From positions 13,640,001 through 13,704,000 of the forward strand of contig CM120649.1 in NCBI GenBank assembly GCA_051362555.1: a stretch of DNA of 64,000 bases, in the 5' to 3' direction. Under the pieces are notes generated by a model. It ran no database searches, had not been told where the DNA came from, and worked only from the letters and a program-made list of their open reading frames with translations. This DNA comes from Lingula anatina (taxonomy: Eukaryota > Animalia > Brachiopoda). Position numbers and translations under genes: made by a program. Positions 36,131-47,287 of the stretch are shown here, one piece after another (position 1 is the first letter of the stretch; the number at the start of each line of letters is the position of its first letter).

Positions 36131-36397
36131 GTAAGACATGATGCTCATCGAGGTACATTGATTAGACCATATGATGGTCCTTACCTTGTCATTTCACGTT
36201 CCGACAAATATTTTGATATTTTAAGGAATGGACAAACAATTCGTGTCTCGGTTGACAGACTTAAACCAGCTTATAGCAATCCGGTTTCAGTGCACAATCA
36301 GACAGTGAATCCACAAACAAAACCAGAGACATGTCTTTCACCTTCTTTAATTAAAACACGTTCCGGTAGAATAATTAAAAAGCCGGAAAGATTTTAA
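36131..36397 (+). CDS. pol: Pol C-terminal remainder (integrase GPY/F region)
   Basis: VRHDAHRGTLIRPYDGPYLV...VSVDRLKPAY...TRSGRIIKKPERF*. In frame with upstream EHVY once the insertion and one TSD are removed. Confidence 0.92.
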   Translation, partial: VRHDAHRGTLIRPYDGPYLVISRSDKYFDILRNGQTIRVSVDRLKPAYSNPVSVHNQTVNPQTKPETCLSPSLIKTRSGRIIKKPERF

Positions 36398-36455
36398 ACA
36401 ATTGATTTTATTAATTTAATTTTAGTAAATGTTTTCAATGTTCTGGGGGGAGGTA

Positions 36456-36731
36456 TGCAGAACTTACATAATGGCTATGTGATAACATCTCAAACAATTA
36501 TGGTAGAGTGTTGCATTGCAGTGGTTATGCAGTGGTAAACTAGCCAATCATATTTATTGGACTTGTAGCATTGGGTCATTTGCATAACTGGTACTATAAT
36601 AAAGAGCTGCACAGGTAGTGCAGTAGTTAGTTATTGTTCACTTGTGTTAGAGTTACTTACTTCAGGTGTCCAGGTAGACTTCAGCAGATATTATTAGTTT
36701 GTAAAAATACCAAAATATTCAGTGTGCTACA
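36456..36731 (+). repeat. 3' LTR, preceded by polypurine tract GGGGGGAGG (36445-36453)
   Basis: Direct repeat of 30069-30344. Confidence 0.96.
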
Positions 36732-37129
36732 ACAGTATATATATAAAGTTGCTCTAAACCATTCCTTTGAATTATTTTTTATTAAAGAGATAATAACCTT
36801 TCATTGTGGTAAAACATGGATTTTCCGGGGGTAAAGAACAATTTTCCAAAACTCACCAATGGTTTATGAATCCATTCCGACATCCAAAGTAAGTCTCTGT
36901 TTTTTTTAAGTTTTTTTTTTTTTTTTTTTTTTTTGTAGTTTATTTCAGAGTGTAGCCATCTATGGAGGCCACGTGATGTGATGGTAAGCACAAATTCCAG
37001 AATAATTGTGGTAACTGCCGTTTTGGTGGTAAAATAATTTTTTTTAATATTTCTATGAGCTGTTTACAATGTACAGTTTTTATTGTGAATTATGGATTTC
37101 ATACAAACAGTTGTTATCCCTTTAATCTT

Positions 37130-37765
37130 GATTTTTGAGTGAGTAATTCAAGATGACAAGTTTTTGGGTTCCTGGGATTAAATGGGCTCCTGTAACATTT
37201 TACGCCAATTATTTTTCGAGTTATCCTTGAAAACTTGTAATTCAAACCTTATGTCAACGTTGCATCACGCGTGGTCTGACCTGACTTGAACAACGGGGAG
37301 CAAACGAACGTGCCTGTAGACCGTTAACAATTTCTGCAATAGTCTTCTACTTATATCCAACGGCACTGTATAATCTATAACTATTGAAATCACTGCACCC
37401 TATTCAAAAATTCTGTTTGACGCCAGTTAAAAATCAAGAAGTGCTATATTTCAATCAGCCGCACTTATGAATCCCGCCCAAGATATCTCACGTGCAGATG
37501 CCCTAGCTTGAAGCCTTGCATTTGGGAACTGCAGACTGTCCATATAAGAATAAGGTAGATTGAGAACAATTGAACTACTATTGAAGGTTTCTTTGCTAAA
37601 ATACCTTTTTTGTATCCTAAAGACAGAAATCCAGTCACTGCATGCTCTAACACTTCTGCTCCCTTCCCAGTGCCACCACAGGACTTGACTATGAATCGTG
37701 CGGTTGGCGCATGCACACTTAACCTAGATAGGAGGCAACTTGATCTCGAGGTCAAGGATACCAGG
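37130..37765 (-). promoter_or_regulatory. Probable promoter / non-coding first exon region of CYP copy A
   Basis: Colinear with 45345-45965 upstream of copy B. Candidate donor CAG|GTCAGA at 37281/37280 and TATAAG at ~37350-37355. A splice acceptor lies just before the ATG exon. Confidence 0.5.
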
Positions 37766-38580
37766 TTGTAGATTTCATTATTGCCAGCTGGATCTTGATT
37801 TCATATATAACACATATCAGCAATACTGACTCTAGAAACCAGTGTCAGACTGGTAGTTCGGCAAAATTTTGCCTGGGGCGCTTCCGTATTTGGAAGTCAC
37901 ATGTCTCGTACGTTACAGCTCTGCACCGCCTGGAGCTGTCTTTCCCGCCTTGCGCTGACGTCATCTCGTGCAGACGAGACAAAGAAGCAAAGTGGCTGAC
38001 GTGGAGTTTGAAGTTTGATTTAAGAATACCTTGCAATCAAAAGTCAGTGCCACAACACAAGCACCTTTCCGCTTTAAAAACTGATTTTTGGTGTAGCCAT
38101 TGCGCAGTCCTTTTAGTGGTATTGGACTTACAGTGAAGCTGTCAAACTTGGCACACGACATACACGTGTATTGTGTTTATATCTTTAGAGATTTAGAGAA
38201 AAAACAGCATAACTTTTGTAAATTTGGTCCGAACAAGCTCATTATCGAACTCAACCTGTATTTTATGAATGCTCACCAGTTCCATAAATTTGAAGACAAA
38301 AGGTAAAACGGTTTGCCACTTAGCGTGCTATCGCTGAAAGTGAAAGGCAACGACGGCGACGACGACAACAACGGCGACGACAGACACAGGTAACGGCTAT
38401 ATGCATAAATGTGTTCAAGTTGTATCAAATGAAACGCTGCGTTGTTTCGATCGCGAAATGCTTATGATGGGTAATAGTAAAGAGGAAATTAGGTGAAACA
38501 ATATCACTCCCTTTCCACTTAGACAACCATTTTCTTGCTCAAAATTCACAATAACACGGAATCCTTAAGCAATAGACTTT

Positions 38581-38673
38581 CTTGTTACAGTGTGCTTGAC
38601 TACTTTGTTAATAGAAGACTCCCAAGCAGTATGTTGCTTCAGGAATTATGGTTATTGTCCATACAACGAGTCG
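38581..38673 (+). pseudogene. Orphan mytimycin-like exon-1 relic (gene 6)
   Basis: LVTVCLTTLLIEDSQAVCCFRNYGYCPYNES|GTAAAG. No start codon and no exon 2 found. Confidence 0.75.
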
Positions 38674-39695
38674 GTAAAGTTTATTTGTATTTATCATAAA
38701 ATTCTAGACAGGGTTGGAGAAATGCCTTAGCTACTGACTTAACGTACATGTTTTTGACAATAGGTGAACCTTCAGTGTTAACTGACTAAATTTCTTTGCA
38801 TTTATACAGATGACAGTTTACCTGTGAAGTCATAATAGCGATGGTCCATGGTTCATGGTTCTCAAAGCTAGTTCTCCCTTTCCTAAGAACCCACCGTCTG
38901 AACCCAAATTTAATGACAGCATACATATACAACATTTTTTTTCTTTAAAGCCTTAGCTCAGAGTTTATCGTTAAAAGGGAAAACAATGACTTCTATTAAC
39001 AAACCACTGCAATTAGGGGCTCATGACTCCATGGCAAAAAAATTTAAAACAAAGTGAGGGCCCCAGATTGAAGCCCATACACTTGTAGTCAACTATGCCA
39101 ATTTCCGTGATTAAATCTTGTAATGTCGATTGCTATTTCAATTCAAAATAGAAAAGTGTATAATTGACGATAAACGCTCGGAGGTGTTTATGCTTAATGC
39201 TTAGAAACAAAAAATATAAACGCCGAATTTTATATTTATTTATTTTACATAGGATTTTTATTGATTTCAATCAACAAAATGATACATGCCTTATTGAAGG
39301 ATTAGAAGCACGAAAAAAAATTTTGACAAACATAAACCCTGCCAACAGCCTTAATCGCTGTTTGATATCAACACACAATAAGTTGTGTTTAGTGTTTGCT
39401 ATATTCATTTGGTGAAGAGTAAAATATATAGATATGTTGCTGGTGCACAACAGCCACGGTTAAATATCTTAAAATATAGCGGAGCAAAACGAAAGGTCAA
39501 ATGTTCATGCATGCCCCAACCACGGCCGGTTACAGTTGCAAGTCTAATAAAGACATGTACGTAAGTATGTGACATTTATATGCAGTTCTGTGGAAAATCT
39601 GGTCCTGTACAGTAGGAAAATGAATACAACAAAACTTGATGTGCGGAAACTGGTAACCACGTGAGAATCAAATTTAAAGTTAGCCGCGTGTCTTC

Positions 39696-41123
39696 CTATT
39701 TTCTAGACTCGATGACAATTTTCTGAGGTTTCGATATGCAATCAAATTGGTACATGTCCGGTTCAAGGTCCAGTTTCTGTCCTGGAGGAACGGCCACTTT
39801 AAACTGACGGAAAAACATGGCCTGTAAAAAAGATAAAAAACATTTTAGAAAAAATATAATTCAATAATTAAAGTATTCATATGGTTGTCAATCACACCTA
39901 TCTATACCAGTACGTAAAAAAGTATAAAAATAGTCGGACATGCTTGCCTTGGTAAAGCTCATCTGTAGCTCTCAGTTAATGAAAATTTTGATAATCAAAA
40001 CAGGCATATAGACACTGCAAGATAAACCTTCCTCCTGTAACTTGGTCGAGCAAAAAAATTATTCGAAAAAATTATAATTAATGAAAACAATGATTTTTTT
40101 ACTAAGCACCATTTAATTTCACTTTTATTATGTGCTAAATATATCTGTTCTATTTAAAGAAAGCAAACAAGACCATAAGTAAAACTTACTGTGGAGATCA
40201 ACAAGTTCGACCTAGCAACAGCTTCGCCAAGACACTTCCTTTTTCCAGCAGAGAAAGGAAGCCATATTTTAGGGTCAATTTGCTTCAATGCGCCATCTTT
40301 CGTCAGAAATCTCTCTGGTTTAAATTCTTCTGGTGACTCCCAGTTTCTTGGGTCAAAGTGGATCACCCAAAAGTTTGGATAAACGACTGTGTTCTTTGGA
40401 ATATCATACCCACCTGGTTTAAATGCGCCGTTAAAATAAACATCAATTTGTTTGAAAGTATTTTGAAACGGCATTTTGAGACTTTATCAGAATTGTAATA
40501 ATCTTTTCACAAGAATTAGTGATCTCACTCATTGAGGTGTTGTCGAGATACCTGTACAGATTTAAAAAAAACAGTAAAATAGTAACTTTTTTTCATTTCT
40601 TCGTTTAAAATAATGAAAATTAAGGGTCTCAGTTACCAAGTGTCGTGTCACGCAGTGCCTTATGTGCAACGGCACATGGTCCAGCCGGACGAAGTCTCAA
40701 GGTCTCTTTAAAAACCGCTTCGCAGTATTTCAGCCTCGCCTTGCTTTGATGAAGGTCGTTCACATCTGAAGAATAATAACATGAAAGTTTGTCTGATTTA
40801 TGATTTTGGACGACAAAGTGCGTGAAATAATGGCTTTTTAAATTATTACCAGATAAGTATAATCAATGAAATACGTTCTGAAAAAAAATAATAATGTGAC
40901 ATTTTCTCCAGATCAGTCGTTTTTACTGAAAATAGTATGAAAGTAGCATGCCAGTATATTGATCAATTTAGTTAGAAAATGTCTATAAAACAATTATTCA
41001 TATAGCAGTTAAATGTTTAATGACCAGTTTTATGTGTCCAGTGTTTGGATGAGGGAGTATTATGTAAAACTGTAGTTTAGAGAGCTTGCAAAATGTAATT
41101 GTACACATTTTAATGTTCAATAA

Positions 41124-41179
<56 letters not shown>

Positions 41180-41202
41180 GTGTGTGCTTGCGTGTCTGTG
41201 TT

Positions 41203-41254
<52 letters not shown>

Positions 41255-44200
41255 GCAGGGCGGGAGTACATGTACGCGCTCAGGTTGGTTTTTAAGACCA
41301 TGATAATTTGTTTGTACTTGTTTGAGAGAGGTGTAATCTTACCAAAGACGTCCACAATTTCCTGATACATCTTTTCTTGCACGTCTGGTTTGTCTGCTAC
41401 GTACAGCAGAATCCATTTGAATGTTTCTGTTGATGAAAGTGTCCCACCTAGATACAAACGCAGAACATAATTAATCTAAAAAATTGACAAAACAAAAATG
41501 CAGATATTCCCACGGTCTTTTGCAACCGGGTGAAATATGAAAGAGAATTAAAGTCGCTATTTTATTATTGTATTTCTATATGTCATTTTGTTTGAAATGC
41601 AAAAGACATACATTAAACAGATTGGTGTTTCAGTCTTTAGTTCAGGCAAAGCCTTCCATACGGTAGTACGGTATAAGAAACAGATTAAATGACATGTTTG
41701 ATGACACAGGGATTATCGTATATGTATGAATTTGGTAATAGTTTAACTTACATTTATAAGGTTTTTCATTATTGTACTTTTCTTACATTGCACACCCTTT
41801 TGTTGTTTCTTTCTGGCAACCAGAAAACAGTATAATATTTCAAATGATGCTGGCATCCAGACATTAAAATAGTTTATGCAGGGGGAGGAAATAGTTTGGA
41901 GGGTGGGGGTTTGGTTGTTAAATATTCTTAGTCGGGGAAGAAAGCGTTAAGACCCTATGTCATTACAACTCGCTGTGCGGTGGGATAAATTAACCTTAAT
42001 ATCTTTTCCCAAACACTATTCTGGCAACCAGGGAGGGGGAGGTTTCGTTAGTCGTATATAATGATGGATTTAACTTGATTTAAATGTTCAAAAACGGTTA
42101 TGGCAACCACACACTAGAGTCGTTAGATCTGTAATTCTCTTTATTTTTTTTTTCAAAAATGATTATGGTTACTTACCAATAAAAGTGTTTGATATTATCT
42201 GGATGATGTGATCATCTGTCAAAACTTCCTTAACGTCTCCATCGATGCTTTTGCCATACTCCTGTCGCGCTAACAACAGTTGGTCGGTGAGGTCCCTAAC
42301 ATTTTCTGGGCGTGTGTTAATTGTAAAAAAGGAAATTTGTTATATATACTACGTTGTTTGTTTGCTGTTTTGTGTTAAACTGATCTCGTGACCATTACGG
42401 ATGTTTGGTTATATAAACGTTATGGTAACGTTGTGATAAAGTCCAGTGTTTGCTGGGTAAAATGTCAAATCAAATTGCTTAAGACAACATAGGTGTAAAT
42501 GGTTATGGTAATGCATGTTATTTTTTTATCATATGAAAACAACAAAAGACCGATTTCCTATACACGTGATTTTATAGCATACATTTGTGAATAGACTGTA
42601 GAACACATTCTGGATGAATGATAGCAAATGAAATCCACGCTTACCTGGATTTAGAGTGGCTTCATGTTCCTTTAACTTTCGCCTATGAAAATCTTCCAAC
42701 TCATTGACAATTCTTTTTGCTCTGAGGGTTGACGGAATAGGGACGTGCTTAAGAAATGGGATGAGGTCAGCAGGCAGACGACTTCCAAATAACACGGTCA
42801 TATTTTCCGCGAACTTTTCTCTTAACCACACGAATTCTGGATCGTCGATTTTGTAACTAAAAATAAGATTAACGACGCATGCTATTATAACATTGCCATG
42901 ATTTTTAATTGATAATTATGCTGGACAGTAATTTTTATGCAACATAACATCTTACAGGAATGCCCCTATATAGAAATATAATACGCATACGAAGTAATAA
43001 CACCTATCATTTACAGATATTTAGCTCGTGTACTGGTTTAGAATATGTTCGACGCACACCGGCGATTTCTGCAGTATGAAACCACTCATTTAAACTGCCC
43101 CAACAGTTTAGAATAATTCAAGATAGTTCTAAAGACAGATAAAGTACGATTGATACAAGGGCGAATAAAAAGACACATGCATACATACATGTTTCTATAG
43201 GTAATTTCAGTAGAATGGTCTGAATGACGGTCACGGAAGCAAATGACAAAGTAAACTTTAAAATTAGTAGACGTATCTTACCTTTTACCAAATGTAATCC
43301 TACAAATGATATTGTAAATGAGTAAACTGATGTAAAAATCGACGTCTACGGGTTCAGACTGTTTCGCCAACAAAGGGGCAACCTCTTCGAATGCCGACTT
43401 CGCCAAACAATCTAATTTGCCGCTAAAGACGTATGACCTACAATAAAAATGATTTTTACCTTTGGAGTAAATGTGTGTCTTTTGAATTGAAGATTATTTG
43501 TTTGTAGGGTTGGGCGGAATTCAACACTTTTGTCTGTGCATTGGTAACAATTTCATTCTTTTTTCGTGATACAAGTCTAAACGGCATGTAATGAACAAAA
43601 TTTGTGATACTTAGTTAAAGGAAAAATTCGACGTAGAGCTTTGTTGGAATAATGGACGCTTTAGAATGTATAAAAAGCGGTAAAAAGTATTTATAAACAG
43701 TGTCAAACAATTTAACTGAGGGCTTTCACTGCCATCTTTTTCTGTACTGTCCATACAGGGCCATAATCAGCAAATAAAAGATCTTTAAATCCACCGGCCG
43801 ATACTAGATAAACTGCAACGAGGAAATTCATTTTTAAAAATCAACTACCTGCATAATGGTTGAGATTAAAGAAGCATTTTATATTTGTAATTTTAAGTCT
43901 TGAAATATATTCTACATCATAGGGAGCTTATGCCTGGTCTTTGGGTGATATATTCATTCGTTTATACATGTATGACTCTGTTTCCTGAGAAACAAGTCGC
44001 CAAATTCTTGTGCCCAAGAAATAAATGAATAGATATAAATATATCTGGCCCAGCAATATGGGATCACAAAGGTGTGTAGTTTTTTTAAGTAACAGAGACC
44101 ATAATATATAGCATACACACGCGACCAAAGAGATGTATCCCTGCCGGCAAAGTTCTTTGACTTTTCCACCAATAACTCATTCACCAGTTCAGCTGAGCTC

Positions 44201-44821
44201 ACCACAATGGAGTTATGTCCAAAACCTGCGGATAATCCATCAAATATTCAATGCTGAAATCGTTTACTATATTAATTATGTCCTTAATTGACACCCTTTA
44301 TGTCTTATTCATTCCCAGATAACTGCTGCGGAAAGCCCAGATTTTAGTAAACTAGTGTGACAGGAATTGTAGTCCTAGGAATCGAAGGCCAGGGTCCAAT
44401 ATGGTCATTATCGGTTAGGGTCATAGTCGGAGAATTGGGGTTGGTATATGGGACGAATGTCACCTGTACGAGGTAATGGAAAATGGAGTACGGTTCCTAC
44501 AGGTAACGGACTACCATTCCTGTCATACCGGGTCACAAGAGTAGCAACTATTACCTTACGTCGTGTGTTCACAGACAAGTGTTGTGTTTCTTTGACAGTG
44601 TAGTTTCGCAACAATTGTTGTTATGCAACTTGGTTTAAAGTAAGACTTAACTATATTTACTGTGAATATTTCTCCATATTTCTTTTCCATTTCTGCAAAA
44701 ACCGTGAACAGTCTTGCATCATTCGAAAAGGCTGAAATGAAATAACTTGTCCAATACATATCATTTTGCTAATGTGTTTATCATTTACGTTGATTTGTGA
44801 CCATTATATGCAAAAGAATAT

Positions 44822-44865
<44 letters not shown>

Positions 44866-45140
44866 TTGTACAATTGAAATGCAACATCACAAAGACATCA
44901 GTGGAACCACTGGATCACTGTGTGGGTGTAAGCGTGAAGCATTAATAACAATAAAGAAAAAAGTGTTTTAAAATCCATTTGGATCTCACCAAAATAATTC
45001 CCCAATATTGGTAGCTGTGGAGGACCTGGCGGCAGTCTGTATCTTTTCCGTCGTAGATATGCCATCACCAACAGGAATACATATGTACCGATCAATGCCG
45101 TCTGCACATTAGGCCAAACACATACCTTTATAACGTCCAT
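39696..45140 (-). CDS. Cytochrome P450 copy B (clan 2, CYP17-like), 504 aa if spliced like copy A; exons 45140-44990, 44731-44651, 44225-44121, 43812-43716, 43437-43282, 42856-42645, 42305-42177, 41447-41343, 40765-40637, 40413-40190, 39821-39696; possibly a young pseudogene
   Basis: All exons are open and homologous to copy A, with heme motif PFSAGKRKCLG. The donors after exons 2 and 4 read TT instead of GT. Confidence 0.8.
41124..41253. repeat. Compound microsatellite (ATT)n-(GT)n-(GA)n in CYP B intron 8
   Basis: Directly visible. Confidence 0.95.
44355..44530. mobile_element. MITE copy in CYP B intron 2
   Basis: GTGTGACAGGAAT...ATTCCTGTCATACC; same family as 17788-17953. Confidence 0.7.
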
Positions 45141-45461
45141 GTTTGCTAAAATACAAAAATGCCTTTATCCGCATGCATAATGACCTGATTTTAAAACCAC
45201 TGACAGTGTAAACTTAAAGGGGTTGCTTGTGTTTATTTACATCTGTACAGTAAACTACATGTATACTAAGATATGTATGAAATATAACTAAAGTTGTCAG
45301 TAAACTTTCTCTTTCAATTAATATTGTTTATCAAAATATTGTGTTTTGAGTAAAATTATTTCGGCTCATGGGATTAAATGGGTTAATGTAACATTTGATG
45401 CTATTTTTTCTTTTGATTTGTCCTTGTAAACATGTAATTCAAACCATATATCACGCGTTAC

Positions 45462-45528
45462 CTGACCTGAAAAACAGGAGCGTCTGAATGTGTCTAGACA
45501 GCAAACAAGCTTTACGACAGGCTTTATA
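45462..45528 (-). promoter_or_regulatory. Putative TATA box and short non-coding exon of CYP copy B
   Basis: Minus-strand TATAAAG at 45528-45522 and donor CAG|GTAACG at 45462/45461. Confidence 0.45.
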
Positions 45529-46575
45529 CTTATTTCCAACAGCACTGCATAATCTATATTAAAAGAATCACAATGTCCTGTTCAAAAATTTAATTTCACA
45601 CGAGGAAACATACAAGGAATATCATTCATTCAGTCGCTGTTGATTCCACCCAAGATAATATACTATACCGATTTGTTTGGCGACATGCATTTGAGTACTG
45701 CAGACTATCCACAGATGTATCACACGGATAAAAAAAAATAACACTACTATTATAAATCCTATAGGCCTATACTAATAACACTACTATTATAAATCCATTT
45801 GAATACCTTTTTACTTTATCCTGAAGACAGAAATCCAGACACTGCATCAACGCTGCCTCTCCCTATATCCCAGAGCCATGGGACTATTGTGAATCAGCCA
45901 GTTGACACATGCACATAGGTAACCTAAATAGCAGGCAACTTGCTCGTGATCGAGGTCAAGGATATCAACCGGGCACGTGTTAGCAGGTTGTTCCCAGCAG
46001 TTGTAGTCCCAGCTTACATTTCCCAACGGTTATCTTGTGTTTTGAAAGCGTCCGCTCACTGGGTTGTTATATGTATTTTAATACTTTTATTGCTAAAATA
46101 TACATTTTATTGTTCCGTTGAGAAGAGCGCCTGCTTGGCATAGATGTAGATTATCATTGTGGAGATAAAACTCTATCTGTCCCCATTAAATGAATGAATC
46201 AATACATAAATAAATCGCAGTCAAAATCAAACTACTTCTTAATGCGATTTTGACCTTTAACACTTAATGGTTAAGAAACACTGGATCTATTATTATCATG
46301 AACGATCACGATGAACACACTTTTGAAGCTTAAAACAGCATGCCAAACAGTTAAGTTGCCACTACCTCCATTGTGCGTATTTGCTCTTCTGCGTAAACGA
46401 ATACACGAGAATAATGCTGCCGCTATTTCATTTTTGTAAACAAGAACAACATGAAAAAAAAAACAAACAAACAAAGCAATGTAAAATACATAAAAATCCA
46501 ATTTATATAAGCTGGAATCACCTTCACTTGATTATTCATACGATATGCGCATATCATAGATGGTCATCCGACCCT

Positions 46576-46650
46576 ACCGGATGGCCTTGTGATCAGAGCC
46601 TCTGCCTCCGAAGCGGAAGTCTTCCCTCTTGACACTCAGAACTAGCTCAG
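46576..46650 (+). mobile_element. tRNA-derived SINE fragment
   Basis: ACCGGATGGCCTTGTGATCAGAG..TGCCTCCGAAGCGGAAG matches the SINE head. Confidence 0.65.
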
Positions 46651-46747
46651 AGGTTAAGAGTGAAATATTTGATAGTGCTGCATGATAGCAGTCGGATCTG
46701 GAGTTTCTTATGAAAGGAATCGAGCAATAAAGCCGTGGGTAGACCAA

Positions 46748-46886
46748 GGCCCCGTTACTCGATAGCAACGCGTATTGCGAATAGCGATATCACACAGAGG
46801 CTGCAGTGGGGCGAGTATGGGCGAGTTATGGAATCGAGATGCTTGAGCTCGGTCGCAATGCGCGAGGCTTTCGAGATACGGGGCCC
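46748..46886. mobile_element. Short MITE
   Basis: GGCCCCGTTACTCGATAG...CTTTCGAGATACGGGGCC imperfect TIRs; related to 9651-9910. Confidence 0.65.
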
Positions 46887-47287
46887 AGATCAACTCATTA
46901 GTGTCATGTCCCACGTGCAGTATTGTGTTAGATGCGACTTTACTGTGCATGTCCACAACAGCAACCAACTGCATGTGCCTGTGACTGACGCTGCTAAAGG
47001 TAACCAAAATGTGTCAAGCGCAGTATGACAATGGTTTAATGTATAAACCACTGGGTATATAGTACGGCATAACAAACAGCTTGCTTTCACTGGCTCCAAA
47101 TCGTCATTCTGGCGTTCGTTTTCAAGGGATATTCGAGGTCTATATCATTTAATATGTTATTTAATATAGCCATCTTGTATTTTAGCAACATGATGCAAAA
47201 CTGTGCAGGGACTTTGAATTTTTTAAAGATATATGTGGTATGTTAGCTCATAAATGGGCTGGAATTTGGTACCGAAACTTTCATAAA

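Larger units (their letters stand above)
30069..36731 (+). mobile_element. Ty3/gypsy LTR retrotransposon, near intact, with nested insertion
   Basis: 276-bp LTRs (TG...CA), 4-bp TSD ACAG (30065-30068, 36732-36735), PBS, PPT, gag and pol in PR-RT-RH-IN order. Confidence 0.97.

Noticed and set aside
38130-38405. GACGAC-rich segment as coding or regulatory sequence
   Set aside because: It resembles a common dispersed non-autonomous repeat with an internal microsatellite. Its boundaries could not be defined from one copy.
46925-46990. Short Cys-containing reading frame (MRLYCACPQQQPTACACD*) as another peptide exon
   Set aside because: No signal peptide, no match to the family Cys spacing and no supporting splice pattern.
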